Program-made: the position numbers and the translations under genes
Notes under the pieces: model-generated
Told to the model about the DNA's origin: nothing
What the model saw: only the letters and a program-made list of their open reading frames with translations
Database searches by the model: none
NCBI GenBank assembly: GCA_947652375.1
Contig: CANTCS010000003.1
Location: 4,914 to 68,913, forward strand
Reading direction: 5' to 3'
Length of the DNA: 64,000 nucleotides
From: an uncultured Mollicutes bacterium
GTDB taxonomy: Bacteria > Bacillota_I > Bacilli_A > RF39 > UBA660
Shown here: piece after piece, positions 1-10,078 of the stretch
How positions within the stretch are numbered: position 1 is the stretch's first letter
Layout of the letters: every line of letters begins with the position of its first letter

Positions 1-189
1 TTAGATAGAATTGAGGCACTTAAAAGAAAGTATAATATAAATTTTATTTCAGTAGCAGAAAATATTGATTCAATAAATAAAAAAGAAGAATCTGAATGTT
101 TTTTTGCAATTCGTCAATGTATGAGAGATCAATATAGAGAATCGATTAGAGCAGGGAGAAGATTTACAAAAGAAAGAATGGAGAGATGA
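1..189 (+). CDS. 3' end of a short serine-recombinase ORF (resolvase catalytic domain only); 5' end lies outside the window
   Basis: Frame 1 reads LDRIEALKRKYNINFISVAENIDSINKKEESECFFAIRQCMRDQYRESIRAGRRFTKERMER, then TGA at 187-189. The FISVAENIDS and MRDQYRESIR blocks align with IISVNDNVDS and LMNENYSRDLSKK of the two downstream large serine recombinases. The ORF stops before any recombinase or zinc-ribbon domain. Confidence 0.5.
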   Translation, partial: LDRIEALKRKYNINFISVAENIDSINKKEESECFFAIRQCMRDQYRESIRAGRRFTKERMER

Positions 190-203
190 TTTAATTGGTA
201 AAA

Positions 204-311
204 ATGTTAGTGATGGCACTATTAGTAATGATAGTGTCTTTTTTATATGCAGTGTGTCGTATTTCTAGTAATTGTTCTAGACTAGAGGAAATGGAGGGTA
301 AAGATGACTAA
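204..311 (+). CDS. possible 35-aa hydrophobic micro-ORF (hand-translated, not in ORF track)
   Basis: ATG at 204 gives MLVMALLVMIVSFLYAVCRISSNCSRLEEMEGKDD, ending at TAA 309-311. It has one TM-like stretch and overlaps the next ORF start by 8 nt. No clear RBS. Confidence 0.2.
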   Translation: MLVMALLVMIVSFLYAVCRISSNCSRLEEMEGKDD

Positions 312-579
312 GGAAGATATTGAAGCATTATCAGAAAAATTAAAAAGGTGTAGAGAAATACCTTTGGATGAAGTTAATCCAGATGATGTTGATGAAATAA
401 CAGATATAAAAATAGATAAAAGAAAATCAAGTAATGAAAGAATACTTGATTTTTTAAATAAGGTCAAAAATCCTTATATTTTTAAAGTTAAAGGTAAATT
501 AGTAAGAATAAGGTTTTCTGATACTGATAAAACAGCAGATGACTGCTTAACAAATGTACTGAAAAACTTATATAGATAG
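304..579 (+). CDS. small mobile-element-associated protein; family typically found just upstream of large serine recombinases in Clostridia-type elements (I recall it as DUF6870-like, unverified)
   Basis: GGAGGG RBS lies upstream of ATG 304. Motif ERILDFLNKVKNPYIFKVKGKLVRIRFSDTDKT. Sits directly before the recombinase pair. Confidence 0.55.
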   Translation: MTKEDIEALSEKLKRCREIPLDEVNPDDVDEITDIKIDKRKSSNERILDFLNKVKNPYIFKVKGKLVRIRFSDTDKTADDCLTNVLKNLYR

Positions 580-667
580 TCAAGTCTATAAAATTAAAAT
601 TTCCACCTTCGTAAAAAAATTAAATTTGAATTATGATTTGATTGTAATTTGAAAGGAGGAGGTGAAA

Positions 668-2377
668 ATGGCAGGTCGTGGTAACAAAAAGCAAAGTAGA
701 ACAAATGATGAAAATAGAAAATGGTCATTTGGTGTATATGGAAGAAGATCGTTTGATGATGGCGAAAATAGTGAGTCTTACACAATAAAAAATCAAAAAG
801 CATTGATAGAATCATATTTAGAAAATAAGCCTAACATTGTTATTGAAGATTATTATGTTGATGATGGCTATACTGGTACTAATTTTGATAGACCGGGATT
901 TAAAAGATTACTGCAAGATGTAGTAAATGGAAAAATAAATGGAATTATAGTAAAAGATTTATCAAGATTAGGAAGAAACCATAGAGAAGTTGGTAAATAT
1001 ATTGAAGAAATATTCCCCATCTATGATATACGAATTATTTCTGTAAATGATAATGTAGATTCTTATTTAGATCCAGAGTCAATAAGCAGTTTAATAGTAC
1101 CAGTAAAAAATCTTATGAACGAAAACTATTCAAGAGATTTATCTAAAAAGGTTGCTAGTGCTTATGAAACAATGGCAAAAAATGGTCAGTTTGTTGCCGG
1201 AACAACTCCTTATGGATATATGTTAGACCCAGAAGATAAACACCATTTAATAATAGATCCTAATGAAGTTGATATAGTTAAAAAAATATTTGAAATGGCT
1301 TTATCTGGAAATGGTCGTCCTACGATTTGCCAGTATCTTAATGATAATGGAATTTTATGCAGAAAGGAACTTCAAAGAAGAAAGAAAAGAAAATTAACAT
1401 TAGACCCATTTGAGATAAGGTCACAATATTTATGGAGTACATCTACGATTGGAAGAATGCTTCATAATGAATCATATATTGGAAATCTAGTTCAATTAAA
1501 AACAACAAGAGCAACTTTTGGTAGTAAAAAATTTGTTACTAAAGATGAAGAAGAATATATCCGTTCTGAAAATACACACGAAGCAATTATATCAAAAGAA
1601 GATTTTTATAAAATACAAAAGATAATAAAGCAAAATGATAAAAAGAAAGTACACAATTCTCCAATGTCATATTCAATATTTAATGGAAAATTGAAATGTG
1701 CAGACTGTGGTAGAGCAATGACAAAACAAGAAGATACGAGAGGGAAAAGGCAACTTTCTAATTATTTCTGTATGAGTTATTTACAAGTAAGCAAATCTTG
1801 CTCATCACACAAGATAAAAACAAGTGAGTTAGAAAGTTCGGTTTTAGAGGCAATTCAAGTGCAAGTAAAATTAGTAATAGAGTTAGAAAGAAGTTTATCT
1901 AAATTGTATTTTAAGAATAATCAAGGCTCTATGGAAAATGAATATAAAAATAATGTAAAAATTGCAGAATTAAAAATATCTAATTTAAAAGAACAAAAAA
2001 GAAAATATTACGAGGAATGGAAATTTAACAAACTAGAAAAAAGTGAGTTTATGAAATTATCTGAAGAAATAGAGTCCAAAATTAGTAAGTTAAATGAAGA
2101 TATAGAAATATACACATCAACATATAGAGAAAATGTTAAAAAAATTAGAAAAAATGATTATTGGATAGGTCATTATAAAAGAAATAGAAAGATTAAAAGT
2201 CTTTCAAAAGAAGTTTTAGATGAACTTATTGATGTCATTTATGTTAATAAAGATAAAACTTTGGATATTAAATTCAAATACCAAGACGAATACGAAAGTT
2301 TAGTAAATTATTTAAAGGAAGGAGTAATAAAAAATGAAAAAGTGGACATTGGGAGTTTATCGCAGGCGTTCATTTGA
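668..2377 (+). CDS. large serine recombinase (integrase), copy 1
   Basis: Resolvase domain present (VYGRRSFDD catalytic-Ser context, DDGYTGTNFDRPGF, IIVKDLSRLGRN). It also has a recombinase domain, a zinc ribbon (KCADCG...YFC) and a long K/E-rich coiled-coil tail. The AGGAGG RBS favours ATG 668 over the GTG 662 in the track. Confidence 0.9.
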   Translation: MAGRGNKKQSRTNDENRKWSFGVYGRRSFDDGENSESYTIKNQKALIESYLENKPNIVIEDYYVDDGYTGTNFDRPGFKRLLQDVVNGKINGIIVKDLSRLGRNHREVGKYIEEIFPIYDIRIISVNDNVDSYLDPESISSLIVPVKNLMNENYSRDLSKKVASAYETMAKNGQFVAGTTPYGYMLDPEDKHHLIIDPNEVDIVKKIFEMALSGNGRPTICQYLNDNGILCRKELQRRKKRKLTLDPFEIRSQYLWSTSTIGRMLHNESYIGNLVQLKTTRATFGSKKFVTKDEEEYIRSENTHEAIISKEDFYKIQKIIKQNDKKKVHNSPMSYSIFNGKLKCADCGRAMTKQEDTRGKRQLSNYFCMSYLQVSKSCSSHKIKTSELESSVLEAIQVQVKLVIELERSLSKLYFKNNQGSMENEYKNNVKIAELKISNLKEQKRKYYEEWKFNKLEKSEFMKLSEEIESKISKLNEDIEIYTSTYRENVKKIRKNDYWIGHYKRNRKIKSLSKEVLDELIDVIYVNKDKTLDIKFKYQDEYESLVNYLKEGVIKNEKVDIGSLSQAFI

Positions 2378-3920
2378 TGAAAAAGGCGAAGAAGAATCAA
2401 ATAGTGTCGTTAATCAAAAGAAACTTATAGATGATTATTTAGTTGACAAGAATGATATAATCATATATAAAGACTATGTTGATGATGGTTATACTGGAAC
2501 TGATTTTAATAGACCTGCATATAAGAGAATGCTTAATGATATAAAGAAGAAAAAAATAAATGGTATTATAGTAAAGGATTTATCAAGATTAGGAAGAAAT
2601 TATATAGAAGTAGGTAATTTTATTGATGAGATAGTACCAGAATATGGTTTAAGATTTATTTCAGTAAATGATAATGTGGATTCTTTTAAAAATCCTAATG
2701 TGATGGATTCACTAGAAATACCTTTTAAAAATCTTATGAATGAAAGTTATTCTAAAGATTCATCAAAGAAAATGCGTTCATCACTGAAAGCAAGTAAAAA
2801 GTCTGGTAATTTTATTGGTAAAACTGCTCCTTTTGGTTATTTGAAAGATCCAGAAGATGTGCATAAACTAATCATTGATAAAGACGCTGCTAATATTATT
2901 AAAAGAATATTTGATTTAGCCTTAAAAGGTAAGAGTAAACAGGAAATAGTAGAAGAATTAACAAATAATAATATTTTAACACCTAGTGTTTATTTGAAAG
3001 AAAAACATAATATAAAGGTCAGCAGGATTAGTCATAAATGGAATACCAAAATGCTTGATACTATATTACAGAATAAAACATATATTGGTTCTCTTGTTCA
3101 ATGTAAAAGAACTAGAATAAGTCATAAAACACACAATATGGTAAGAGTTGCAGAAGATGAATGGGTTATTTCAAACGAACGACACAATGCAATTATTAAA
3201 GAAGAAGTTTTTAATCAAGTACAAGACATTTTATATAATAGAAATGTTAGAGTTAATAAGAAAGGAAAATTTTATAAATATACTGGATTTTTAAAATGTT
3301 CTGAATGTGGTGGAAATTTATATAGACTTACTAAAATCAAACACAAAAAGGAAAAAGTTTTTTACTATTGCAGTACCTATATTAACACAAAACAATGTAA
3401 TAAACACTATATTCAAGAAAAAGAACTTGATGAGATTGTTTTAAAGACATTAAACCAACACATAGAACTGATATGTGATATAAGTGCAAAAATAGAAGAT
3501 ACAATATCATTTTCAAAAGCAGAATATAATTCTGAATTAAGAAAAATCAGAATAAATGAAATTAACAAAGAATTAGAGAAAAACCACAAATTGCTAGATG
3601 AATTAAAGAAAGATTATAAGTGTGATTTCATTTCAGAAAATGACTATGATGAATTTAAACAAAAATACTTGTATGAGATAAATAAACTAAATTTAGAAAA
3701 AGAAGATTTAAACAAGAGTAAAATAAATTCATACAATTTAGATTGGATAAATCAATTTAAGAAAATTGGAAAAATAGAAGTTGTTGATAGAAATATTGTA
3801 GATAGTTGCATTGAAAATATAATTGTTAATGATGAAAAAGGAGTAGAGATAATTTTTAGATATAATGACCAATATAAATTTGCAGAAAGGTATCTGAAAA
3901 GTCAAAATGATGTGGTATAA
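2334..3920 (+). CDS. large serine recombinase (integrase), copy 2; overlaps copy 1 by 44 nt
   Basis: VYRRRSFDE, DDGYTGTDFNRPAY, IIVKDLSRLGRN, zinc ribbon KCSECGG...YYC, coiled-coil tail. AAGGAAGGAG RBS precedes ATG 2334. It shares near-identical nucleotide tracts with copy 1 (for example about 941-980 versus about 2559-2600). Confidence 0.9.
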   Translation: MKKWTLGVYRRRSFDEKGEEESNSVVNQKKLIDDYLVDKNDIIIYKDYVDDGYTGTDFNRPAYKRMLNDIKKKKINGIIVKDLSRLGRNYIEVGNFIDEIVPEYGLRFISVNDNVDSFKNPNVMDSLEIPFKNLMNESYSKDSSKKMRSSLKASKKSGNFIGKTAPFGYLKDPEDVHKLIIDKDAANIIKRIFDLALKGKSKQEIVEELTNNNILTPSVYLKEKHNIKVSRISHKWNTKMLDTILQNKTYIGSLVQCKRTRISHKTHNMVRVAEDEWVISNERHNAIIKEEVFNQVQDILYNRNVRVNKKGKFYKYTGFLKCSECGGNLYRLTKIKHKKEKVFYYCSTYINTKQCNKHYIQEKELDEIVLKTLNQHIELICDISAKIEDTISFSKAEYNSELRKIRINEINKELEKNHKLLDELKKDYKCDFISENDYDEFKQKYLYEINKLNLEKEDLNKSKINSYNLDWINQFKKIGKIEVVDRNIVDSCIENIIVNDEKGVEIIFRYNDQYKFAERYLKSQNDVV

Positions 3921-3982
3921 TATATAAGGAAAAACACTTGAATTTTGTTATAAAAAAATGGTGCGAAAGGAGTAGATTTAAA

Positions 3983-4864
3983 ATGAGTAATAATGAAACA
4001 CAAGGGGGGTTTAATAAAAGTGTAATCAACTGGTTCCCTGGTCACATGGCTAAAACAAAAAGAGAAATAAAAGAAAAATTAAATTTAATTGATATTGTGT
4101 ATGAAGTGATTGATGCTAGAATGCCTATTTCATCTAAAATTTTAGATATTAATGATTTAATTAAAGATAAAATGCGTATTTTAGTAGTAACAAAGTATGA
4201 TTTATGTGATAAATTGGAAACAGATAAAATATTAAAAAAATATGAAGAAGAAGGATATAAGGTTCTACCAGTAGATTTAATGAATAGTAATGGAGTTTCT
4301 TCGCTTATAAATATGACAAAAGATATTATGAAAAATATTAATAATGGAAGAGTTGTAAAAGGAATGAAAGAAAGAAGTGCACGTGTTTTAATTGTTGGTG
4401 TACCTAATGTTGGGAAAAGCACTTTAATAAATAGATTGGTAGGAAAAAAATCAGCAGGTGTAGGTAATACGCCAGGTTTTACCAAAAGTTTAAGTTGGAT
4501 AAGAGTTAATAAAGATATTGAGCTTTTAGATTCACCAGGAATTCTATGGCCTAAATTAGAAAATCAAGAAGAAGCTCATATTTTGGCAGCTTTTTCAGCA
4601 ATTAAAGAAGAAATTCTAAATATTGATGCTATTGCGTGTTTTATTATTAAAACATTATTTAAACTTTATCCTGAAAAATTGGAAAGTAGATATGGTATTA
4701 CTAAATTAGATGATGATTTAATAGAAGTGTATGATACTATTGCGATGAAGCGAGGAGCATTATCTCGTGGTGGGGTTGCTGATTATGAAAAGGTTTCAAA
4801 TATAGTAATTAAGGATTTAAAAAATAATTATTTTGGAAATTTAACATTTGACCGTTTAACATAA
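3983..4864 (+). CDS. rbgA: ribosome biogenesis GTPase A (YlqF/RbgA)
   Basis: INWFPGHMAKT..., circularly permuted GTPase motifs (VVTKYDL, GVPNVGKSTLINRL, DSPGILWPK). The AAGGAG RBS supports ATG 3983, so the track start at 3938 is probably an upstream extension. Confidence 0.9.
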   Translation: MSNNETQGGFNKSVINWFPGHMAKTKREIKEKLNLIDIVYEVIDARMPISSKILDINDLIKDKMRILVVTKYDLCDKLETDKILKKYEEEGYKVLPVDLMNSNGVSSLINMTKDIMKNINNGRVVKGMKERSARVLIVGVPNVGKSTLINRLVGKKSAGVGNTPGFTKSLSWIRVNKDIELLDSPGILWPKLENQEEAHILAAFSAIKEEILNIDAIACFIIKTLFKLYPEKLESRYGITKLDDDLIEVYDTIAMKRGALSRGGVADYEKVSNIVIKDLKNNYFGNLTFDRLT

Positions 4865-4904
4865 TTAAATATTTTTTTTCATAAAAATTTGTGATAAGAT
4901 AAAT

Positions 4905-5555
4905 ATGGAGATGTTAGCTATGGATACAGATATAGAGAATGACAATTATAAATATGAAAGAGAGCTTCGTAAAAAAGGAATTACTTTAATAGCAGGTGTT
5001 GATGAAGTAGGAAGAGGTCCTTTAGTAGGGCCTGTTGTAGCAGCTTGTTGTATTTTACCAGAAAAATTTAATTTAAAAGGCCTTACAGATTCAAAAAAAC
5101 TAAGTGAAAAAAAACGTGATTTTTTTTATGAGGAAATAAAAAAACAAGCAATTTCTTATGGAATAGGAATTATTGATGAGCGAAAAATAGATGAAGTAAA
5201 TATTTATGAAGCAACAAAACTGGCTATGATTGATGCCGTTAAAAATATGGATGTTAAACCTGAACATATTTTAATTGATGCTATGCCATTAGAATTAGAT
5301 ATTCCAACAACAAGTATTATCAAAGGAGATTTAAAAAGCATTACAATTAGTGCTGCTAGTGTTTTAGCAAAAGTTACTAGAGATAGAATGTTAATAGAAT
5401 TAGATAAAAAATATCCGATGTATGATTTTAAAAATAATAAAGGGTATCCAACGAAAAAACATCTTGCAGCACTTTTAAAATATGGTATTATATCTGAGCA
5501 TAGAAAAAGTTATGGTCCTGTAAAAAATTATATAGAAAATAAGGTAGAAATGTGA
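4905..5555 (+). CDS. rnhB: ribonuclease HII
   Basis: [31 protein letters not shown], and conserved position after rbgA. Confidence 0.9.
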   Translation: MEMLAMDTDIENDNYKYERELRKKGITLIAGVDEVGRGPLVGPVVAACCILPEKFNLKGLTDSKKLSEKKRDFFYEEIKKQAISYGIGIIDERKIDEVNIYEATKLAMIDAVKNMDVKPEHILIDAMPLELDIPTTSIIKGDLKSITISAASVLAKVTRDRMLIELDKKYPMYDFKNNKGYPTKKHLAALLKYGIISEHRKSYGPVKNYIENKVEM

Positions 5556-6172
5556 GAGTTGTTGAGGAAATAATCAATGAGTATAGGATTAAAAAATATG
5601 GTGAATTAGCTCTTGATTTAAAAACATCTCATTTAATGCTTATAGGTGGAAGAGCAGAAGACGGAATAAAGATAGAAAAATTATTAATAGCTAGTAAAGG
5701 GAATTTTTATAGGTATCAAGAAATTATTCAAGAAAAATTATTAGAAGATTATAATGTTGATTTTTTAGATTTTTCATTGATAATGGGAAAATTTTTGGGA
5801 ATATATAATTTATATTGTTATATAGACATCAATAAAGAAATAAGAAAAAAGATTATTAATAATAAATTAATTACTAAAAAAAATGTACAAAATATTATAA
5901 CAAATAATGTTAGAGATATTTTTACTTATTTAGCGAGTAAATTTAATATTACATTTAATGATTTTAAAAAGTTTCTTGCTTCAATTTATATAATTCATGA
6001 TGATTATTCACTTTATAATTATCCTTTATTTTTTGAATTAGCTTATATTTTAATGGGAAATTATTTATTTTTAGAATTTAATAATCTTTCTAATGGTTTT
6101 ATCGGTTGTGAAGATAGTATTGATTTTTTTCATAAAATGAATAAATCTTATAATTTTGTTCGAAAAGTTTAA
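5552..6172 (+). CDS. hypothetical protein (206 aa)
   Basis: Long ORF. Its GTG start overlaps the rnhB stop (ATGTGA). No recognisable motifs. Confidence 0.5.
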   Translation: MRVVEEIINEYRIKKYGELALDLKTSHLMLIGGRAEDGIKIEKLLIASKGNFYRYQEIIQEKLLEDYNVDFLDFSLIMGKFLGIYNLYCYIDINKEIRKKIINNKLITKKNVQNIITNNVRDIFTYLASKFNITFNDFKKFLASIYIIHDDYSLYNYPLFFELAYILMGNYLFLEFNNLSNGFIGCEDSIDFFHKMNKSYNFVRKV

Positions 6173-6288
6173 TTTTTCGAGTATAATAAAAATATAAAAC
6201 TTAAATACATCAGTTTTAGAAATTAATTTAAGAGTTTATAGATATCTCTTTGAAAAATCTAAATATTAAAGAATGAGGATGTGTTTAC

Positions 6289-8310
6289 ATGGCAAAGAAA
6301 TTGGTTATAGTGGAAAGTCCTAGTAAAAGTAAAACTATAGGGAAATATTTAGGTGATGAATATAAAGTTGTGTCTTCGGTTGGTCATATACGAGATTTGG
6401 CAACTACTGGTCAATATGGATTTGGTGTGGATATTGAAAATGGATTTAAGCCGAACTATATTCCAATTAAAGGAAAAAGTGGAGTAATAAAAGAATTAAA
6501 AAAAGATGTCAAAGATAGCGAAATAGTATATCTAGCAAGCGATCCCGATCGAGAAGGAGAGGCAATTGCTTGGCATTTAAAAGATGCTTTAGGAATAAAA
6601 GATAATAATTATAAAAGAGTTCTATTTAATGAAATTACTCATGATAAAGTAATTGATGCTATTAATCATCCTACAGTTATTGATGATAATTTGGTTAAAA
6701 GTCAAGAAACAAGAAGAATTTTAGATAGGATTATTGGATTTAGATTATCTAAATTATTACAAAGCAAAATAGGGGCTAAGAGTGCAGGAAGGGTACAAAG
6801 TGTAGCTTTAAAGTTAATAGTTGATCGAGAAAGAGAAATAGAGGCTTTTAAACCTGAAGAATATTGGACAATAACTGCAATTTTTCCTGAGTATGAAGCT
6901 AATTTATTTAAATATAAAAAAGATGATATCGAACTCCATTCTGAGGATGAAGCTAACAAAGTATTGGATGCTTTAAGTGAAAAATATTCTGTTGAATCAA
7001 TTGAAAAGAAAGAAAAAGCAAAACATAGTAAATTTCCATTTATTACTTCTACTTTGCAACAAGAGGCTTCTACTAAACTAGGTTTTCCAGCTAGGAAAAC
7101 AATGAGTATAGCTCAAAAATTATATGAGGGTATTGATTTAGAGAATGAGACTGTTGGTCTTATTACATATATGAGAACAGATTCTATTCGTTTGTCAGAT
7201 GATTTTATAAAACCAGCAATGAAATATATTGAAGAAAATTATGGAAAAAAATATGTAGGTTTTATAAAAAAAGGAAAGAAAAAAGAAAATGTTCAAGATG
7301 CACATGAAGCGATTAGACCAACTAGTGTTATAAGAGAACCTCTTAAAATAAAAGAGTACTTAAGTGATGATGAATTTAAACTTTACAGTTTAATTTATAA
7401 AAGAACACTAGCTTCTTTAATGAGTGATGCTATTGTTAATCAAACAACTATTATATTTGATAATAATGATTATAAATTTAAAACTACAGGAAGTATTTTA
7501 ATATTTGATGGATATTTAAAAATTTATAAAGATTATGAAAATTCTGAAGATAAAATATTACCAGAAATTGGTGATAGTGAAGTTTGCACAACAACAGATG
7601 TTGATTGTAGCCAACATTTTACTAAACCACCTGCAAGATATAGTGAAGCAAAACTTATTAAAGAAATGGAAGAGTTAGGTATTGGAAGACCTTCTACTTA
7701 TGCAACTATCATAGATACTATTAAAAGTAGAAATTATGTAATTTTAGAAGAAAAGAAGTTTAAACCAACAGAAATGGGAGTTGAAACAACTGATAAACTT
7801 CAAGAGTTTTTTAATGATTTGATAAATACTGAGTATACAAGAGATATGGAAAATGATCTAGATAATATTGCTGATGGAAAATTAATATGGAATGAGTTAT
7901 TGGACAAATTTTATAATCTATTTGAACCCCGTGTAAAAAATGCTTTCAGTGACATGGAGAAGAAAGCTCCTGAGGAGGCTGGTGAGGATTGCCCAGAGTG
8001 TGGAAATCCTTTAGTAATAAGAAAGGGAAGGTATGGAGATTTTGTAGCTTGTAGTAATTATCCTGAATGCAAATATATAAAGAAAGAAGAAAAAGAAGTA
8101 ATTGAAATTATGGATTGTCCTTTGTGTGAGGGGAAAATAATTGAAAAACCTACTCGCCGAGGCAAAGTTTTTTATGGTTGTAATAATTATCCTAAATGTA
8201 AGTTTGCAACTTGGGATAAACCAACAGGAGAAATGTGTCCAGAATGTGGAAAATATTTAGTACAAAAAAAAGATAAAATAAAATGTAGTGAATGTGAATA
8301 TGAGAAGTAG
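6289..8310 (+). CDS. topA: DNA topoisomerase I
   Basis: Toprim VIVESPSKSKTI and DPDREGEAIAWH, active-site region YMRTDS, three C-terminal Cys4 zinc ribbons. Confidence 0.95.
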   Translation: MAKKLVIVESPSKSKTIGKYLGDEYKVVSSVGHIRDLATTGQYGFGVDIENGFKPNYIPIKGKSGVIKELKKDVKDSEIVYLASDPDREGEAIAWHLKDALGIKDNNYKRVLFNEITHDKVIDAINHPTVIDDNLVKSQETRRILDRIIGFRLSKLLQSKIGAKSAGRVQSVALKLIVDREREIEAFKPEEYWTITAIFPEYEANLFKYKKDDIELHSEDEANKVLDALSEKYSVESIEKKEKAKHSKFPFITSTLQQEASTKLGFPARKTMSIAQKLYEGIDLENETVGLITYMRTDSIRLSDDFIKPAMKYIEENYGKKYVGFIKKGKKKENVQDAHEAIRPTSVIREPLKIKEYLSDDEFKLYSLIYKRTLASLMSDAIVNQTTIIFDNNDYKFKTTGSILIFDGYLKIYKDYENSEDKILPEIGDSEVCTTTDVDCSQHFTKPPARYSEAKLIKEMEELGIGRPSTYATIIDTIKSRNYVILEEKKFKPTEMGVETTDKLQEFFNDLINTEYTRDMENDLDNIADGKLIWNELLDKFYNLFEPRVKNAFSDMEKKAPEEAGEDCPECGNPLVIRKGRYGDFVACSNYPECKYIKKEEKEVIEIMDCPLCEGKIIEKPTRRGKVFYGCNNYPKCKFATWDKPTGEMCPECGKYLVQKKDKIKCSECEYEK

Positions 8311-8328
8311 CTATACTTCTTTTTTTTT
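8303..8328 (+). terminator. rho-independent terminator of topA
   Basis: AGAAGTA-gcta-TACTTCT hairpin overlaps the stop codon and is followed by T8. Confidence 0.7.
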
Positions 8329-8340
8329 GCTATAATAAAT

Positions 8341-9045
8341 TTGGTGATGGTTATGCGAAAATATTATTTAGTAGCAAGATATACACAAGACAATAGTTTA
8401 GATATAATTAAGCTAAATAAAAAATGGTATAATAAAGCAAATGAAGATGAATTTTCTAAAGCTAATTCTTTGGAAGCAATTGATTTAATAACAACGCGTT
8501 TTTCATCTCCTACAGAAATGATTAAAAGAATGGGAAAAAAATATTTAAAAAGTTCAGATGTAGATTTATTTATAGCTTACAAAAAAAATGAAACAGAATT
8601 GTTTTTCTATGAAATTATTTATAATACAAGCTCAAATATAAATAATTTTAGAGAAATTGCTAAGGCAAGTTTAGAACAGGAATATAAAAGTGTACAAGAA
8701 CAAATTCAAAAAATTTATGAAAAGTTAGCATATCAATTATTTAATAATTATAGTTATCAAAAATATTATCAGAAAGACTTTTATTTTCTAAATAACTGTT
8801 TTAAAAATCTATATGATGATTGTGAAAGTATAAAAGACTTTTTAGAAGTTCCTTATATAAATCATTGGATGCTATCAAATTATCTAATGATTAGAGAAGC
8901 GGTTAGAAATTTGGAAAAATCAATTACAAAAGGTAATTGTAGTAGACAAAGAGAAGAAATAGTTTCTAAATTATTAAAGAAAATGGATATTAATTATGTT
9001 GATGGGCAATATGATTTATTTGATTTAGGATTAAAAAAAAGTTAG
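8341..9045 (+). CDS. hypothetical protein (about 232 aa; start ambiguous among TTG 8341, ATG 8347 and ATG 8353)
   Basis: Long ORF in the backbone position between topA and xerC. No motifs recognised. Confidence 0.5.
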   Translation: MVMVMRKYYLVARYTQDNSLDIIKLNKKWYNKANEDEFSKANSLEAIDLITTRFSSPTEMIKRMGKKYLKSSDVDLFIAYKKNETELFFYEIIYNTSSNINNFREIAKASLEQEYKSVQEQIQKIYEKLAYQLFNNYSYQKYYQKDFYFLNNCFKNLYDDCESIKDFLEVPYINHWMLSNYLMIREAVRNLEKSITKGNCSRQREEIVSKLLKKMDINYVDGQYDLFDLGLKKS

Positions 9046-9069
9046 TATAAAATTTGATTTTAAAGTGAG

Positions 9070-9978
9070 ATGTTTATGAATGAAAAAATTATTAGAGAAT
9101 ATTTAGATTATTTGAAATATCAAAAAAATTATTCTAATTATACAGTGAATAGTTATAAAAATGATATTTTAGAATTTTTTGATTATTTAAGTAGTGAGGG
9201 TTTGAATTATAAAAATATTGAATATAGTGATATAAGGTTTTATTTAGTATTTTTAAATGAAAAGAAGAAAGATACAAATAATTCTATTTCTAGAAAACTT
9301 AGTTCTTTAAGAGGTTTTTATAAATATTTAGCTAATCAAAATATTATTAAGACAAATGTTTTTTCTTTGGTTAAAGGACCTAAAAAAAGTAAAAAATTAC
9401 CTAGATATTTTGAATATAATGAGTTAGAAGAATTATTTAATGTTTCTGATAAAAGATCTCCATTAGGACAAAGGAATGCACTGATAATTGAGTTATTATA
9501 TGCGACGGGAGTTCGTATTGGAGAGTTAGTAAATATTAAAATAAAGGATATCGATTTAAATAGAAGATGTATTTTAATACTTGGAAAGGGTAATAAAGAA
9601 AGATATGTTACATATGGGGAATATTGTCAAGAGGCATTAAATTTATACTTAAATGATGGTTATAAAAATCTTTCTTTACAAAAAAACGAATATTTATTAT
9701 TAAATAATAGAGGTGGACAATTAACTGAAAGAGGTGTTAGATTTATACTTGATGAGGTAATAAAAAAAACAAGTATTAAGAAAAAAATATCTCCACATAT
9801 GATTAGACATAGTTTTGCAACACATTTATTAAATGAGGGATGTGATTTATTAACTGTGCAAAAATTACTAGGACATGAAAGTATTAAAGCTACACAAATT
9901 TATACTCATGTTACTACTGAGAGATTAAAAGAAGTCTATTACAATTCTTTTCCAAGAGCCAAGATTGATAAAAAATAG
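9070..9978 (+). CDS. xerC: tyrosine recombinase XerC/XerD family (CodV-like position)
   Basis: N-terminal SAM-like core-binding domain. Catalytic residues in ATGVRIGEL, HMIRHSFATHLL, LLGHESIKATQIYTHV. Confidence 0.85.
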   Translation: MFMNEKIIREYLDYLKYQKNYSNYTVNSYKNDILEFFDYLSSEGLNYKNIEYSDIRFYLVFLNEKKKDTNNSISRKLSSLRGFYKYLANQNIIKTNVFSLVKGPKKSKKLPRYFEYNELEELFNVSDKRSPLGQRNALIIELLYATGVRIGELVNIKIKDIDLNRRCILILGKGNKERYVTYGEYCQEALNLYLNDGYKNLSLQKNEYLLLNNRGGQLTERGVRFILDEVIKKTSIKKKISPHMIRHSFATHLLNEGCDLLTVQKLLGHESIKATQIYTHVTTERLKEVYYNSFPRAKIDKK

Positions 9979-10078
9979 GAAAAACTTTCTTTTAATGCTA
10001 GAAATTATAGATAAAGACTTTAAATTTTTTTCTTAATTCGTTATAATAATATTAATTCAAAAAAGGATGTGGTCTTTT

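Larger units (their letters stand above)
1..3920 (+). mobile_element. recombination-module end of an integrated element (ICE, prophage or genomic island); the rest lies upstream of the window
   Basis: Three serine-recombinase-type ORFs plus an element-associated small protein, followed immediately by conserved housekeeping genes starting at rbgA. The exact att junction is not identifiable from one end. Confidence 0.55.

Noticed and set aside
3938-3982. N-terminal extension of rbgA in the track (MNFVIKKWCERSRFK...)
   Set aside because: A strong AAGGAG RBS sits just before ATG 3983, and the conserved RbgA sequence begins after it. The extension is probably non-coding promoter or att-proximal DNA.
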